Shown here piece after piece: positions 54,144 through 62,278 of a stretch of DNA of 62,278 nt (position 1 is its first letter; every line of letters starts with the position of its first letter). Origin of the DNA: a virus (Duplodnaviria; Caudoviricetes). A program made the translations under genes and the position numbers. A model generated the notes under the pieces. That model did not search any database. It had not been told where the DNA came from and saw only the letters and a program-made list of their open reading frames with translations. The stretch spans positions 1-62,278 of the IMG/VR virus record IMGVR_UViG_3300049893_000311; one strand, written 5' to 3'.

Positions 54144-54966
54144 TTGGCGTCAACGCCTCCGTCATTCTGCTTGCAATCGCGTTTGCATATCCATCAGACG
54201 GAGTGCTTACAGAGAGCATAACAGACGCCCGATCAGCAGCCCTAGCAGCCTTAGTTCCGTAATTAGACACATCACGATTAATTTCTTGGCCACCGATACC
54301 CGCAAAGAACGATTCGGTTGCCGCCTGTAGACCGTGGTACGTTGGTAGTCGGGAGTAGTCGATTGCCACCGGTTTAGCCGTAAATGTCAGTCCTGAAAGC
54401 GTCTTTCTTCCGTTGATCGGATTGTCAAATGCTAGGTATTGTGAAATCGTTGGCCTAATGATAACCTTCTGACCATATTCCATTACCATAGCCTTATTGA
54501 AGAATACATGGCGCTGCTCAACAGTTTTTCCTGTTGGACCGGGGGTTGCCTGAGCCTCGGTCAGGGGAACTAGCGTCTTGGATGGCCTAAACTCTAGCCT
54601 CATAGAAAAATTCGCCTTGCCACGACTCATCGGCGGAATCTTAAGGTCGAACAATCTTCCGCTGGTCTGTCCAACCTTTCCCCACTCATATGCGTGGTGC
54701 ATCGACTTCTTATTGGCCGATGCCATAGCGTTAACATAGGGGAGATACTTTCTTTTTACAGAGTTCTCGATAGTGCGCTGAATATTTTTCTGGCCCTTGG
54801 GAGATGAGATAGCCCATGCTACCGTAGCAATAGAGTTAGCAATTGCCTGTGACATTAGTGGCAGTTCATTCACTCCGCGCAACTTTCTGCCAGAAATTTT
54901 TGTCGGTGCCGGAGCCGTCAGCCTATAGTTATTAAACTCTTTGAACAGTGCGTCTAGATCGTTCAT
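54136..54966 (-). CDS. Neck/tail completion protein
   Basis: HH.YEW...G...GRLF, VF.NKA.VME.G; position. Confidence 0.6.
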   Translation of the reverse strand: MNDLDALFKEFNNYRLTAPAPTKISGRKLRGVNELPLMSQAIANSIATVAWAISSPKGQKNIQRTIENSVKRKYLPYVNAMASANKKSMHHAYEWGKVGQTSGRLFDLKIPPMSRGKANFSMRLEFRPSKTLVPLTEAQATPGPTGKTVEQRHVFFNKAMVMEYGQKVIIRPTISQYLAFDNPINGRKTLSGLTFTAKPVAIDYSRLPTYHGLQAATESFFAGIGGQEINRDVSNYGTKAARAADRASVMLSVSTPSDGYANAIASRMTEALTPSG

Positions 54967-55436
54967 ATTACGACCACCTGACTAGTTTCAGAAGAGTTGA
55001 TCTGGACTGTATCAACGCTAGAATCACCTGGCAGCCTGACATTAACCTCAGACAAGTTGCAGAGAATGTCGTACTCCATGAATGATCCGAATGGCTCATA
55101 GGTCGGTGTTACTCCGATAACAATAAACTGGATCCTGTCGTCAAGGTAGTATTGTCCGTCGGCGTCCCTAATTTTTGTTAGAATATCTCCCTCTCGCATC
55201 TTATATGCACTTTTTACTCTGAGGTAGTGGTATTCATCCAATTTGTTTCCCCAGTCCTGCTCTGTTCCTGAGTCCTTACCCCTTAGGTTAGCCAGGCCAC
55301 GAGCGATAAGAGGGACCTCTTGGTATTCTGAGTAGACAGCCTTAACCTGCCCGCTTCTAGTGTTTTGCTCGGTGGTCTTAGCATAAACTCTACCGGTCAT
55401 GTTATACTTTCCAGAAGTTAAGCAGCCACCGATCAT
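54963..55436 (-). CDS. Head-closure (stopper)-like protein
   Basis: Beta-rich small protein after adaptor. Confidence 0.6.
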   Translation of the reverse strand: MIGGCLTSGKYNMTGRVYAKTTEQNTRSGQVKAVYSEYQEVPLIARGLANLRGKDSGTEQDWGNKLDEYHYLRVKSAYKMREGDILTKIRDADGQYYLDDRIQFIVIGVTPTYEPFGSFMEYDILCNLSEVNVRLPGDSSVDTVQINSSETSQVVVI

Positions 55437-56314
55437 ATAGCCACCATGTTAATAGATCTAAAGTCTGAAAGGATTTGATCAGCGAAAAAGTTACCAGTGC
55501 CCTGGAACTGCTTTTGATTAAATACAATTCTCCAGTCGGAAGCATTGATTTGTTCCACGAAGCGCTTCTTCCAGGCCGTTTCCTTACAGAAATAGTCCTC
55601 GACTAGAAGTTGGGCGACAAAGTTAACCTCGTCAGGAACCTGCTCCCACCCATAGACACCCGAGAGCGAGTACCACTTGTACTTGTTCCAAACTGTGCTA
55701 GACGGTCCATCGGACCAGACAGGAACCTCATCAAACTTATAAGCCCTGAGCCCGTAGTTTGTGTCAGTAATCTCTACGTTTCTTCCAAAATCGTTGACGC
55801 TCGGGGTCCACACAACCTCATCTTCAAGTTTAATCTCTGTTAAACTAATAATCCTCTGCGGAAGAACGAGCACCTCCTTGTCGTTACCGTGCATTTTTAT
55901 TATGTCCGAACGCTTACCGAATGACTGCCCAGTATAATTATTTATCATATACCTGGCAAACAACTCTGCGTTCTCTACCTCGGCATTTGTCTCGTCTGGG
56001 AATTTGGCCTTCATTTCATAAAAATTGACGTATGGAGTTACTACGTTAATATAGTCGGTTTTACCAGATGTTTCTCCGGAAACCGTATATTGCCAGGTGA
56101 CACTAATCTGACACTCAAGGAGGGATTCGTCCAGTTCGGTCAGCACATAATAAACTCCAGTAGATTCGTGTACTGCTGTTCCGGTTCTTGGCGTGTTTCC
56201 AGAGCCCACGACTGTCACAGAGTACGTTGGATTATAGTCAGAATCAGTTGGAACACCGTCCTGATAAATCTTTAGATAGACCTTTTCAGTCGTGTTTACA
56301 TAGATTTGCTTCAT
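55433..56314 (-). CDS. Head-to-tail adaptor
   Basis: AE..AR..I..YTGQ.F, G.YGW..VP..V, TGN..AD.IL. Confidence 0.75.
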   Translation of the reverse strand: MKQIYVNTTEKVYLKIYQDGVPTDSDYNPTYSVTVVGSGNTPRTGTAVHESTGVYYVLTELDESLLECQISVTWQYTVSGETSGKTDYINVVTPYVNFYEMKAKFPDETNAEVENAELFARYMINNYTGQSFGKRSDIIKMHGNDKEVLVLPQRIISLTEIKLEDEVVWTPSVNDFGRNVEITDTNYGLRAYKFDEVPVWSDGPSSTVWNKYKWYSLSGVYGWEQVPDEVNFVAQLLVEDYFCKETAWKKRFVEQINASDWRIVFNQKQFQGTGNFFADQILSDFRSINMVAI

Positions 56315-56365
56315 GGAAACTCCCTAAATAAGATAAAATCATTGTATCATATCGAGCGTCTAAAT

Positions 56366-59300
56366 TCACCATACAGAGACTCCGCCGCCGGTGGTCCCCT
56401 CAGAAACAGAAACAGATTGTCCTGTCGTACCCTCTACATTAACCTCTCCAAATACGACTGTAGTAACACTAGATGAATCAATAGCGCTAATCGTAGAGAA
56501 GTCAGAGCCAGTTACAGAAATTTGAGTAATTTCTTCAACCACTACCGACTCTGACCCCTGGATTACCCCAGAATCGCTGGCCGACTTCGACACAACACCA
56601 ACTATTTCAACAGTAGAAACGTCTGCCCCATTTATTCCACCAGAGTCAAATACCTGAACAAGCGCTGAGACCGCAACTGATTCAGAAGAGGTCAGGGAAC
56701 TAGAGTCTGATGCCGCAACAGGGATCTGTGCGAAGGTGCCCGAGTCGGTACCGATTACCTGGCCTATATCGGTGGTGCTAAGTGTTACATATGTTCCAAC
56801 GCTTTCTGTACTAGAAATTGTTCCCGTGTCAGAGATGTTCGCCCTTGCCGCAATTGCTACAGACTCAGAAGATGAAATGCTACCGCTGTCACTGGTTGAC
56901 TTTGTGTCAAAGACCGTCAGCACGGTTGCAGAATCTGAACCTTGAATTACACCACTATCTGATCCCGGTAGGCTGTTAAATACCGTAACCGTGGTGTCTG
57001 TTCCAACCAGCGTGCCGGTGTCTGTCGCAGACAGGGCAATGGGTGTCTGGAATGCCCCAGAGTCGGCGGCTGCAATATTTGAGGTGTCAGAGGCTGCAAC
57101 AGATACCGTTCCGAAGGCTGTCGTTTCAGAAGAATTCAGGGTTCCAGTATCAGAGGAAGTTACAGACACTACCACAATAGCGGTCTCGCTGGATGATAGT
57201 GTTCCTGTATCAGAAGCAGTAATATCAGAAACTCCAGAGGCTACAACGGATGCAGAGTCGGATCCGGAAATTGTTCCAGAGTCACTTGTGGATATTGGAA
57301 CCATAATTGCAGACGAATCTGTTCCAATAACCGCTCCCGTGTCTGTGGTAGAATTCTTAAATACGTTTGCAGAGTCAGAACCGCTAACTGTGCTGGAATC
57401 TGTAGATGAGAACGATGCCGTTACCGACGCTATATCACTTCCAGAAATTGTCCCGGTATCACTGGCAGAAACCGTAATATTTCCAGAAATATCAATTGTC
57501 GCCGTGTCTGTTCCTACAATTACTCCAGAGTCAGACCCTGGATAATTAACAAAGATGAGGGCGCTATCTGTTCCAGAAATAGTGCTGGAGTCTGCTGCTG
57601 TTACCGACACTGTGGCAAACAGGCCGGTGTCTGTTCCTACCACCGCACCAGTATCTGTGGTTGACAGCGTGACATAAAATGCAGTGGTCTCTGTGGCGGA
57701 AACCGTGCCAGTATCGGTTGTTGATGTAGAAACTGCCGTTGCTACAGATTCAGTCGAAACTATTGCTCCGGAATCAGTTGCAGCAATTGGAACCTGAGTC
57801 GTCACAGATTCAGAAGAACTTATCGTTCCGGTATCTGTTGTGCTAAATGATGCTCTCGTTGCTACTGACTCTGTTCCGGTTACCGCGCTCGTATCGGTCG
57901 TAGACATTGTTATGCTTGTTGAAATAGCAGCATCTGTTCCAGTTATTGCTCCGGTATCGGTTGTCGAAATTGATACTGCTATTACTGACGAATCGGTGCC
58001 AGTTATTGTACTAGAGTCAGAGGCAGATACCGATACCGTAGCGAACGTTCCGACGTCAGTTCCGGTAATTGCATTAGAGTCTGATACTGTAATTGTTACC
58101 AGGGAGATGGACCCTGAGTCTGTTCCAACAACCACGCCAGAATCTGTGGTGCTTAACGAAACCGCCGTCGATACAGACTCTGCAAGGACCAGGGTACCTG
58201 TATCAGAAGCATTTACAGATATCGTTCCAGTAATTTGGACATTTGATGTGTCAGATACAGAAATTGTGCCTGTGTCCGACCCTGGATAATCTGCTCTGGT
58301 TGATACAGACTCAGAAGAAGATATCGCTCCAGTGTCACTGGCTGCCACAGCCACCGTCGAGAATGTGCCTACGTCAGAGCCAGAGATTACTCCGGAGTCG
58401 GTAGTTGACAGGGTTGCAGACGTTGCTACGGATTCACTAGAAGAGATGGCCCCTGTATCAGTGGTTGATAATGTCACGCTTGTTGATGTAACCGTATCTG
58501 TACCAGTTATGGCTCCAGTGTCTGTTGTAGAGAATGATGCGACAGGGCTGGAAGATTCAGAACTTGCAAGCGTTCCTGTGTCTGCCGCCGTGATCGGGAT
58601 TGTTCCGAATACATAAGATTCGGTAGATGAAATTGTTCCTGTATCCGAGGCCGTTGTCGTTGCAGTTATCGCTACCGACTCAGTAAGCGCTACAGTTCCA
58701 GTATCAGAAGCGCTGGCTGGAGTTATATCTAGACCTGGCTTAATTGCAAGTACCAACACTACCCTGTTTGTGGTTGACTGGTCGTATCCTCCGTCGGTGG
58801 TTGCTCCAACCTGAACACTGGCCCCTCCGGTAACCTCCTTCTGGTTTATAGCAGTGGCGAATGTTGGTGCTGCAGCAGCGTTTAGAGATGTTTCTACTAC
58901 CTCAGAATATCCCGTTGGCGCAGTTTGTGTAGTTGTGCCTGTATTATTTACTCTCCAAGAGTGGAATGCTAAGATCAGGTCGTCTGCTGTAACCGGTGTG
59001 GTCGCAGAGGTACCCCAAGTTGATGAGGCTGTTCCAGATGCGACAGCCGTTTCCTGTACATCCACCCCTCCGTCGTTTTCTACAATTACAACACCAATCG
59101 ACCATTTCTGGGAGTTTGTCAGTGTCCATGAAACATTCGTTCCTGAGTCAGATGAGGCTAGGGACTTTCTATATACCTTCTGCTGTAGAACTGTTGAAGA
59201 TGACGTAAAGTCCAGAAGGGTCCACCCGGACGGGTCTCCACGGTCAGTGGCGGTGTTTGCCTCCACGACCATGTAAGCAACATCTCCGGTGTTGATTCCG

Positions 59301-61903
59301 CTCGGAAGTGTCACATTTGTTGCCGAGGATGCTCCAGTTCCAGAGTTATTACTTGCAGAACTTTTAACTACCGGTCCCTTTCTTACCGTCACAGATTCAG
59401 ATAGTGAAATTGTTCCGGAGTCGCTGGCAGAGATTGGCACGAATGTTGCTGAACTGTCCGTTCCAACGACTGCACCCGTATCTGTTGTAGAAAATGAAAC
59501 ATTGGTTGTTACAGACTCTGTTAATGCTAGTGTACCTGTATCAGAAGCGGAGGTTACAATTGTCCCTAGAGTTCCTACGTCAGAACCCACAATTGTTCCG
59601 GAATCAGTTGTAGACATTGTAATGCTAGTTGACGCCACAGAATCAGTACCGACAACTGTTCCAGTATCAGTTGTTGGGACGGTGGCTAGCAACGTCATAT
59701 TATCTGTTACACTTATAGTTCCAGTATCTGTGGCTGATGTAACAACCTGTACCGATGCCGTGTCTGTTCCTACAATTGTTCCGGTGTCAGTAATTGTAGA
59801 TGTTACCAGAATGGATGCAGATTCGGTTGCCGAAAGTGTTCCGGTATCGCTGGCAGACTTATTGGTTGATCCACCTACCGACGTGCTCATTGTAATTCTG
59901 TTAATATTGTTTACATAATCATATCCAGTAAAATCAATAGTTACTGTGGTTCCGTCGTCGGTGAAGTCTAGAATACCGTATTGCTTATAGGTTGCTGCAT
60001 CTGCTGCGGTAGGGTATGCACCCTGAGACCAGGTTGATCCTCCTCGCACAGTAGCAGAGTTGTTTACTGGTGCCACCTGAATGGCGGGGAAGCCACCCGG
60101 AGCATTTGTGCCATTGTCTGCTGCTAGGAAGTGAGAGTCTCCTGAGACAAAGTACAGTCCGGTGATGTTATTGGAGGAGATGTAGTTCAGAAGTTCTGTT
60201 CTTTCTGTACTGTACTTGGCCCAGGTATCATCAGTTGTCGTGGTTCCGTGCCACACCATTCCAGACATTACTACCTTAACCGGTTCAGTAGCATTTAGAA
60301 GTTCTGATTTTAGCCACGCCTTTTGAGTGGTTCCGAGCATGGTTTTGGACGAGTTATCTGTGGCTGCCGGGTCTGATCTGTGAGCGCGGACGTCTAGAAT
60401 AATAAATCTGATTCTTCCAATTGTGAAGGCATGTTCTAGTGAGTCTGATACCGGAAGTGTATATGTTGGAAACATTTCTCTGACTGTAGCCTGCACCGCA
60501 GGAATACCTGGCGCTGTACCATCAATATTGTTACCGCTATAATCGTGATCGTCTGGCATATAGACCAGGGCGGTGTCTCTCAATGATGCCCTTATTGCCT
60601 GCTTCTCCATTGCCACCCTCATGGCGGTTCTTGCTAGGTTTTGGTCATTAGTTCCGATATCTTCGTAGTGGATATCTCCCATATGCAACCAGAAGGCTGG
60701 TCTGGTCGATCTGCTGGCTGAGTGGTACAGGGCTTCACCGGCTGAACCAGAGGTGATACACGATCCTAGGTGTATCGTGAAGTTTGTTGCCGTACCAGCG
60801 GCATTTGGAGTTTTTACAGCACCCTTAGAGTTTTTGTCATAATATCTCTGTCCGAGATTATCCTCTAGAAAGTAGTAATACTGAGTATTTGCTGACAGCG
60901 TTCCTGTCGTAAACTTGGTAAATCCATTCGTACCAGTATTCTGATAAGAAGTATAGGTTACTCCAGTTGCGAATGTTGAGTCGGTGGTGTATCCCATTCG
61001 AGCATTGGTTACTCCTAGGGTGTGGAATGTGACAGAGAACTGTGTTGCTGTTAGTCCTCCTGCTACGCGACTTAGAACAGTTCCGGCGTATGCTGTCTGA
61101 CCAATCCAGTCATCGAACGACATTGCAATATCATCCATCCACATTTCCTGGGTAACTGCGGCGGTGTTACCCCATCTGACCTCATCAAAGTGGGGGCCGG
61201 TATTCCTTGCGGTATACGCCCAGGTTTCTGTCGCGGTCGCAGACTGTGGACTATTGTATAGGCGCATATCGACGGTTCCCGTCGTAGCGTTTGTGAAAAC
61301 CTTACCTTCTATTCTTACCCATTGCCCCAAGGAGATGCTTGTTGTTGACAGACCCATCGACGTATTTGCAGCATCGTAACTTTGCACCTTTCCGCCGGTG
61401 CTGATGTTCAGGCCGAAGACCAGGGTGTTTGTATTATCATAAAATGCTGCTATTCTTCTGGTAGTTGATGGGTTGGCATCCATCCACAAATACAATCTAA
61501 AGTAGAAGGTCGTTGGAGGAGTCTCTCCTATTTGGAAGGCATCCCATCTAGTATAAGCGTTGGTTGTTGCATTAATATGCATAGACCTAGTTCCGTTAAC
61601 GGACCTGCTTGTGTCATAAGTTAGGGCCGATCCGGTGTCAGAAATTAGAGAGAATGAGTCTCCACCTCCCCTAGAAGTGGTAGTAGTAACAAGTGCTCCG
61701 TTAGTTCCGTTTTCAAATGTCTGCCTCAGTAGGTGCTTTGTTGGCTCTACAATTACAATCTGGGCGGTGTCTGTGCCGACTAGGGTTCCTGTATCTGTAG
61801 TGCTTGGGGTTAGGGTAGAGGGCTGATTGAATAGAACAGTTTCAATAGCGGGGTTTGGCTGCGCTATTGGCTGAATTCTAAAGGCTCTACCCAGTCTAGC
61901 CAT
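56366..61903 (-). CDS. phoD: 1845-aa protein: lectin-like domain + PhoD alkaline phosphatase + ~45 Ser/Thr-rich repeats
   Basis: GSC, HMGDIHY.D, DDHDY..NN, LD.R..R, MLG..QK.WL, D.W..Y..ER, SGDSH; xxD(T/S)Gxhxxx(D/E) repeats. Confidence 0.85.
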   Translation of the reverse strand: MARLGRAFRIQPIAQPNPAIETVLFNQPSTLTPSTTDTGTLVGTDTAQIVIVEPTKHLLRQTFENGTNGALVTTTTSRGGGDSFSLISDTGSALTYDTSRSVNGTRSMHINATTNAYTRWDAFQIGETPPTTFYFRLYLWMDANPSTTRRIAAFYDNTNTLVFGLNISTGGKVQSYDAANTSMGLSTTSISLGQWVRIEGKVFTNATTGTVDMRLYNSPQSATATETWAYTARNTGPHFDEVRWGNTAAVTQEMWMDDIAMSFDDWIGQTAYAGTVLSRVAGGLTATQFSVTFHTLGVTNARMGYTTDSTFATGVTYTSYQNTGTNGFTKFTTGTLSANTQYYYFLEDNLGQRYYDKNSKGAVKTPNAAGTATNFTIHLGSCITSGSAGEALYHSASRSTRPAFWLHMGDIHYEDIGTNDQNLARTAMRVAMEKQAIRASLRDTALVYMPDDHDYSGNNIDGTAPGIPAVQATVREMFPTYTLPVSDSLEHAFTIGRIRFIILDVRAHRSDPAATDNSSKTMLGTTQKAWLKSELLNATEPVKVVMSGMVWHGTTTTDDTWAKYSTERTELLNYISSNNITGLYFVSGDSHFLAADNGTNAPGGFPAIQVAPVNNSATVRGGSTWSQGAYPTAADAATYKQYGILDFTDDGTTVTIDFTGYDYVNNINRITMSTSVGGSTNKSASDTGTLSATESASILVTSTITDTGTIVGTDTASVQVVTSATDTGTISVTDNMTLLATVPTTDTGTVVGTDSVASTSITMSTTDSGTIVGSDVGTLGTIVTSASDTGTLALTESVTTNVSFSTTDTGAVVGTDSSATFVPISASDSGTISLSESVTVRKGPVVKSSASNNSGTGASSATNVTLPSGINTGDVAYMVVEANTATDRGDPSGWTLLDFTSSSTVLQQKVYRKSLASSDSGTNVSWTLTNSQKWSIGVVIVENDGGVDVQETAVASGTASSTWGTSATTPVTADDLILAFHSWRVNNTGTTTQTAPTGYSEVVETSLNAAAAPTFATAINQKEVTGGASVQVGATTDGGYDQSTTNRVVLVLAIKPGLDITPASASDTGTVALTESVAITATTTASDTGTISSTESYVFGTIPITAADTGTLASSESSSPVASFSTTDTGAITGTDTVTSTSVTLSTTDTGAISSSESVATSATLSTTDSGVISGSDVGTFSTVAVAASDTGAISSSESVSTRADYPGSDTGTISVSDTSNVQITGTISVNASDTGTLVLAESVSTAVSLSTTDSGVVVGTDSGSISLVTITVSDSNAITGTDVGTFATVSVSASDSSTITGTDSSVIAVSISTTDTGAITGTDAAISTSITMSTTDTSAVTGTESVATRASFSTTDTGTISSSESVTTQVPIAATDSGAIVSTESVATAVSTSTTDTGTVSATETTAFYVTLSTTDTGAVVGTDTGLFATVSVTAADSSTISGTDSALIFVNYPGSDSGVIVGTDTATIDISGNITVSASDTGTISGSDIASVTASFSSTDSSTVSGSDSANVFKNSTTDTGAVIGTDSSAIMVPISTSDSGTISGSDSASVVASGVSDITASDTGTLSSSETAIVVVSVTSSDTGTLNSSETTAFGTVSVAASDTSNIAAADSGAFQTPIALSATDTGTLVGTDTTVTVFNSLPGSDSGVIQGSDSATVLTVFDTKSTSDSGSISSSESVAIAARANISDTGTISSTESVGTYVTLSTTDIGQVIGTDSGTFAQIPVAASDSSSLTSSESVAVSALVQVFDSGGINGADVSTVEIVGVVSKSASDSGVIQGSESVVVEEITQISVTGSDFSTISAIDSSSVTTVVFGEVNVEGTTGQSVSVSEGTTGGGVSVW

Positions 61904-61906
61904 TTG

Positions 61907-62278
61907 TTACCACCTACTTGACCTGTGGCTGGCAGGAGTCCACAGTTGGGCTGATTTTGCCTCGTTCCAGCCGAAAATGGTATCTACAGTTGGTTGAAAT
62001 GCTACTGCTGTTGCAAGTACCCTAGACGATACTGTCGCTGATGGGGTAATTGCTGCTGCTGCTACCGCACCCGCCGTACCTTGGACAAGGCTGGATACTT
62101 CGGTTCCGTGGCCTGTACCGGAGGTGGTATGGTCATCAGAGCGCTCAGTATATGTAGCAACAGTAAATGTGTGTGCGGTATCGTTAACACGCATACCAAT
62201 ACCAATAACAAGTGCGTTGTTGGTTGCTGTGGTAATAGTTGGAATGTTAAAAGATGTTGTGGCTGCCGCGTCTGTTGG
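61907..62278 (-). CDS. 3' part of probable virion protein (truncated by window edge)
   Basis: Frame open to window end; Thr/Ala-rich beta-type sequence. Confidence 0.7.
   Translation of the reverse strand, partial: PTDAAATTSFNIPTITTATNNALVIGIGMRVNDTAHTFTVATYTERSDDHTTSGTGHGTEVSSLVQGTAGAVAAAAITPSATVSSRVLATAVAFQPTVDTIFGWNEAKSAQLWTPASHRSSRW

Noticed and set aside
56400-59860. DNA tandem repeat array or DGR variable repeats
   Set aside because: Repeats are conserved at protein level only; no identical DNA units, adenine-specific pair or reverse transcriptase in the window.
46015-59918. Long plus-strand ORFs opposite tape measure and PhoD-repeat genes
   Set aside because: Antisense shadows of biased-codon genes; no recognisable motifs.
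1-62278. Genome-wide TAG reassignment (alternative genetic code)
   Set aside because: Long genes are intact in the standard code and TAG terminates several complete genes such as terL and the Cas4-like nuclease.

Overview
About 62 kb of a large tailed dsDNA phage (long tape measure, siphovirus-type) with essentially all genes on the minus strand. Gene order (head-tail connectors, major tail, frameshifted tail chaperones, tape measure, minor tails, holin, DnaB/primase/SSB/DnaE/RecA/resolvases/Cas4-like nuclease, displaced terminase, tRNA arrays) and many leaderless TTGACA-17-TAnnnT promoters resemble large actinobacteriophages such as the Streptomyces BE/BK type; host is inferred, not shown. 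The first ~14 kb hold 16 sense tRNAs, two CUA (amber) tRNAs, several non-tRNA structured RNAs and pseudoknots, HNH genes, a lyase-like gene pair and a 9-gene nucleotide-sugar/glycosyltransferase cluster. Most striking is a compact unit at 13430-14476: a promoter whose transcript starts AUG-ACU-UAG, an HNH gene, an SD-led minigene GTG-(ACN-TAG)x4-TAA, two CUA tRNAs and a 152-nt ACCA-ended RNA with two Thr(AGU) anticodon-like loops, a candidate undescribed Thr/amber decoding or sensing system. Also notable: a circularly permuted tRNA-like module, tRNAs with covarying non-canonical elbows, an apparent ATT start for DnaB, and a 1845-aa PhoD phosphatase/Ser-Thr-repeat protein in the structural region. 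All RNA folds were derived by eye.
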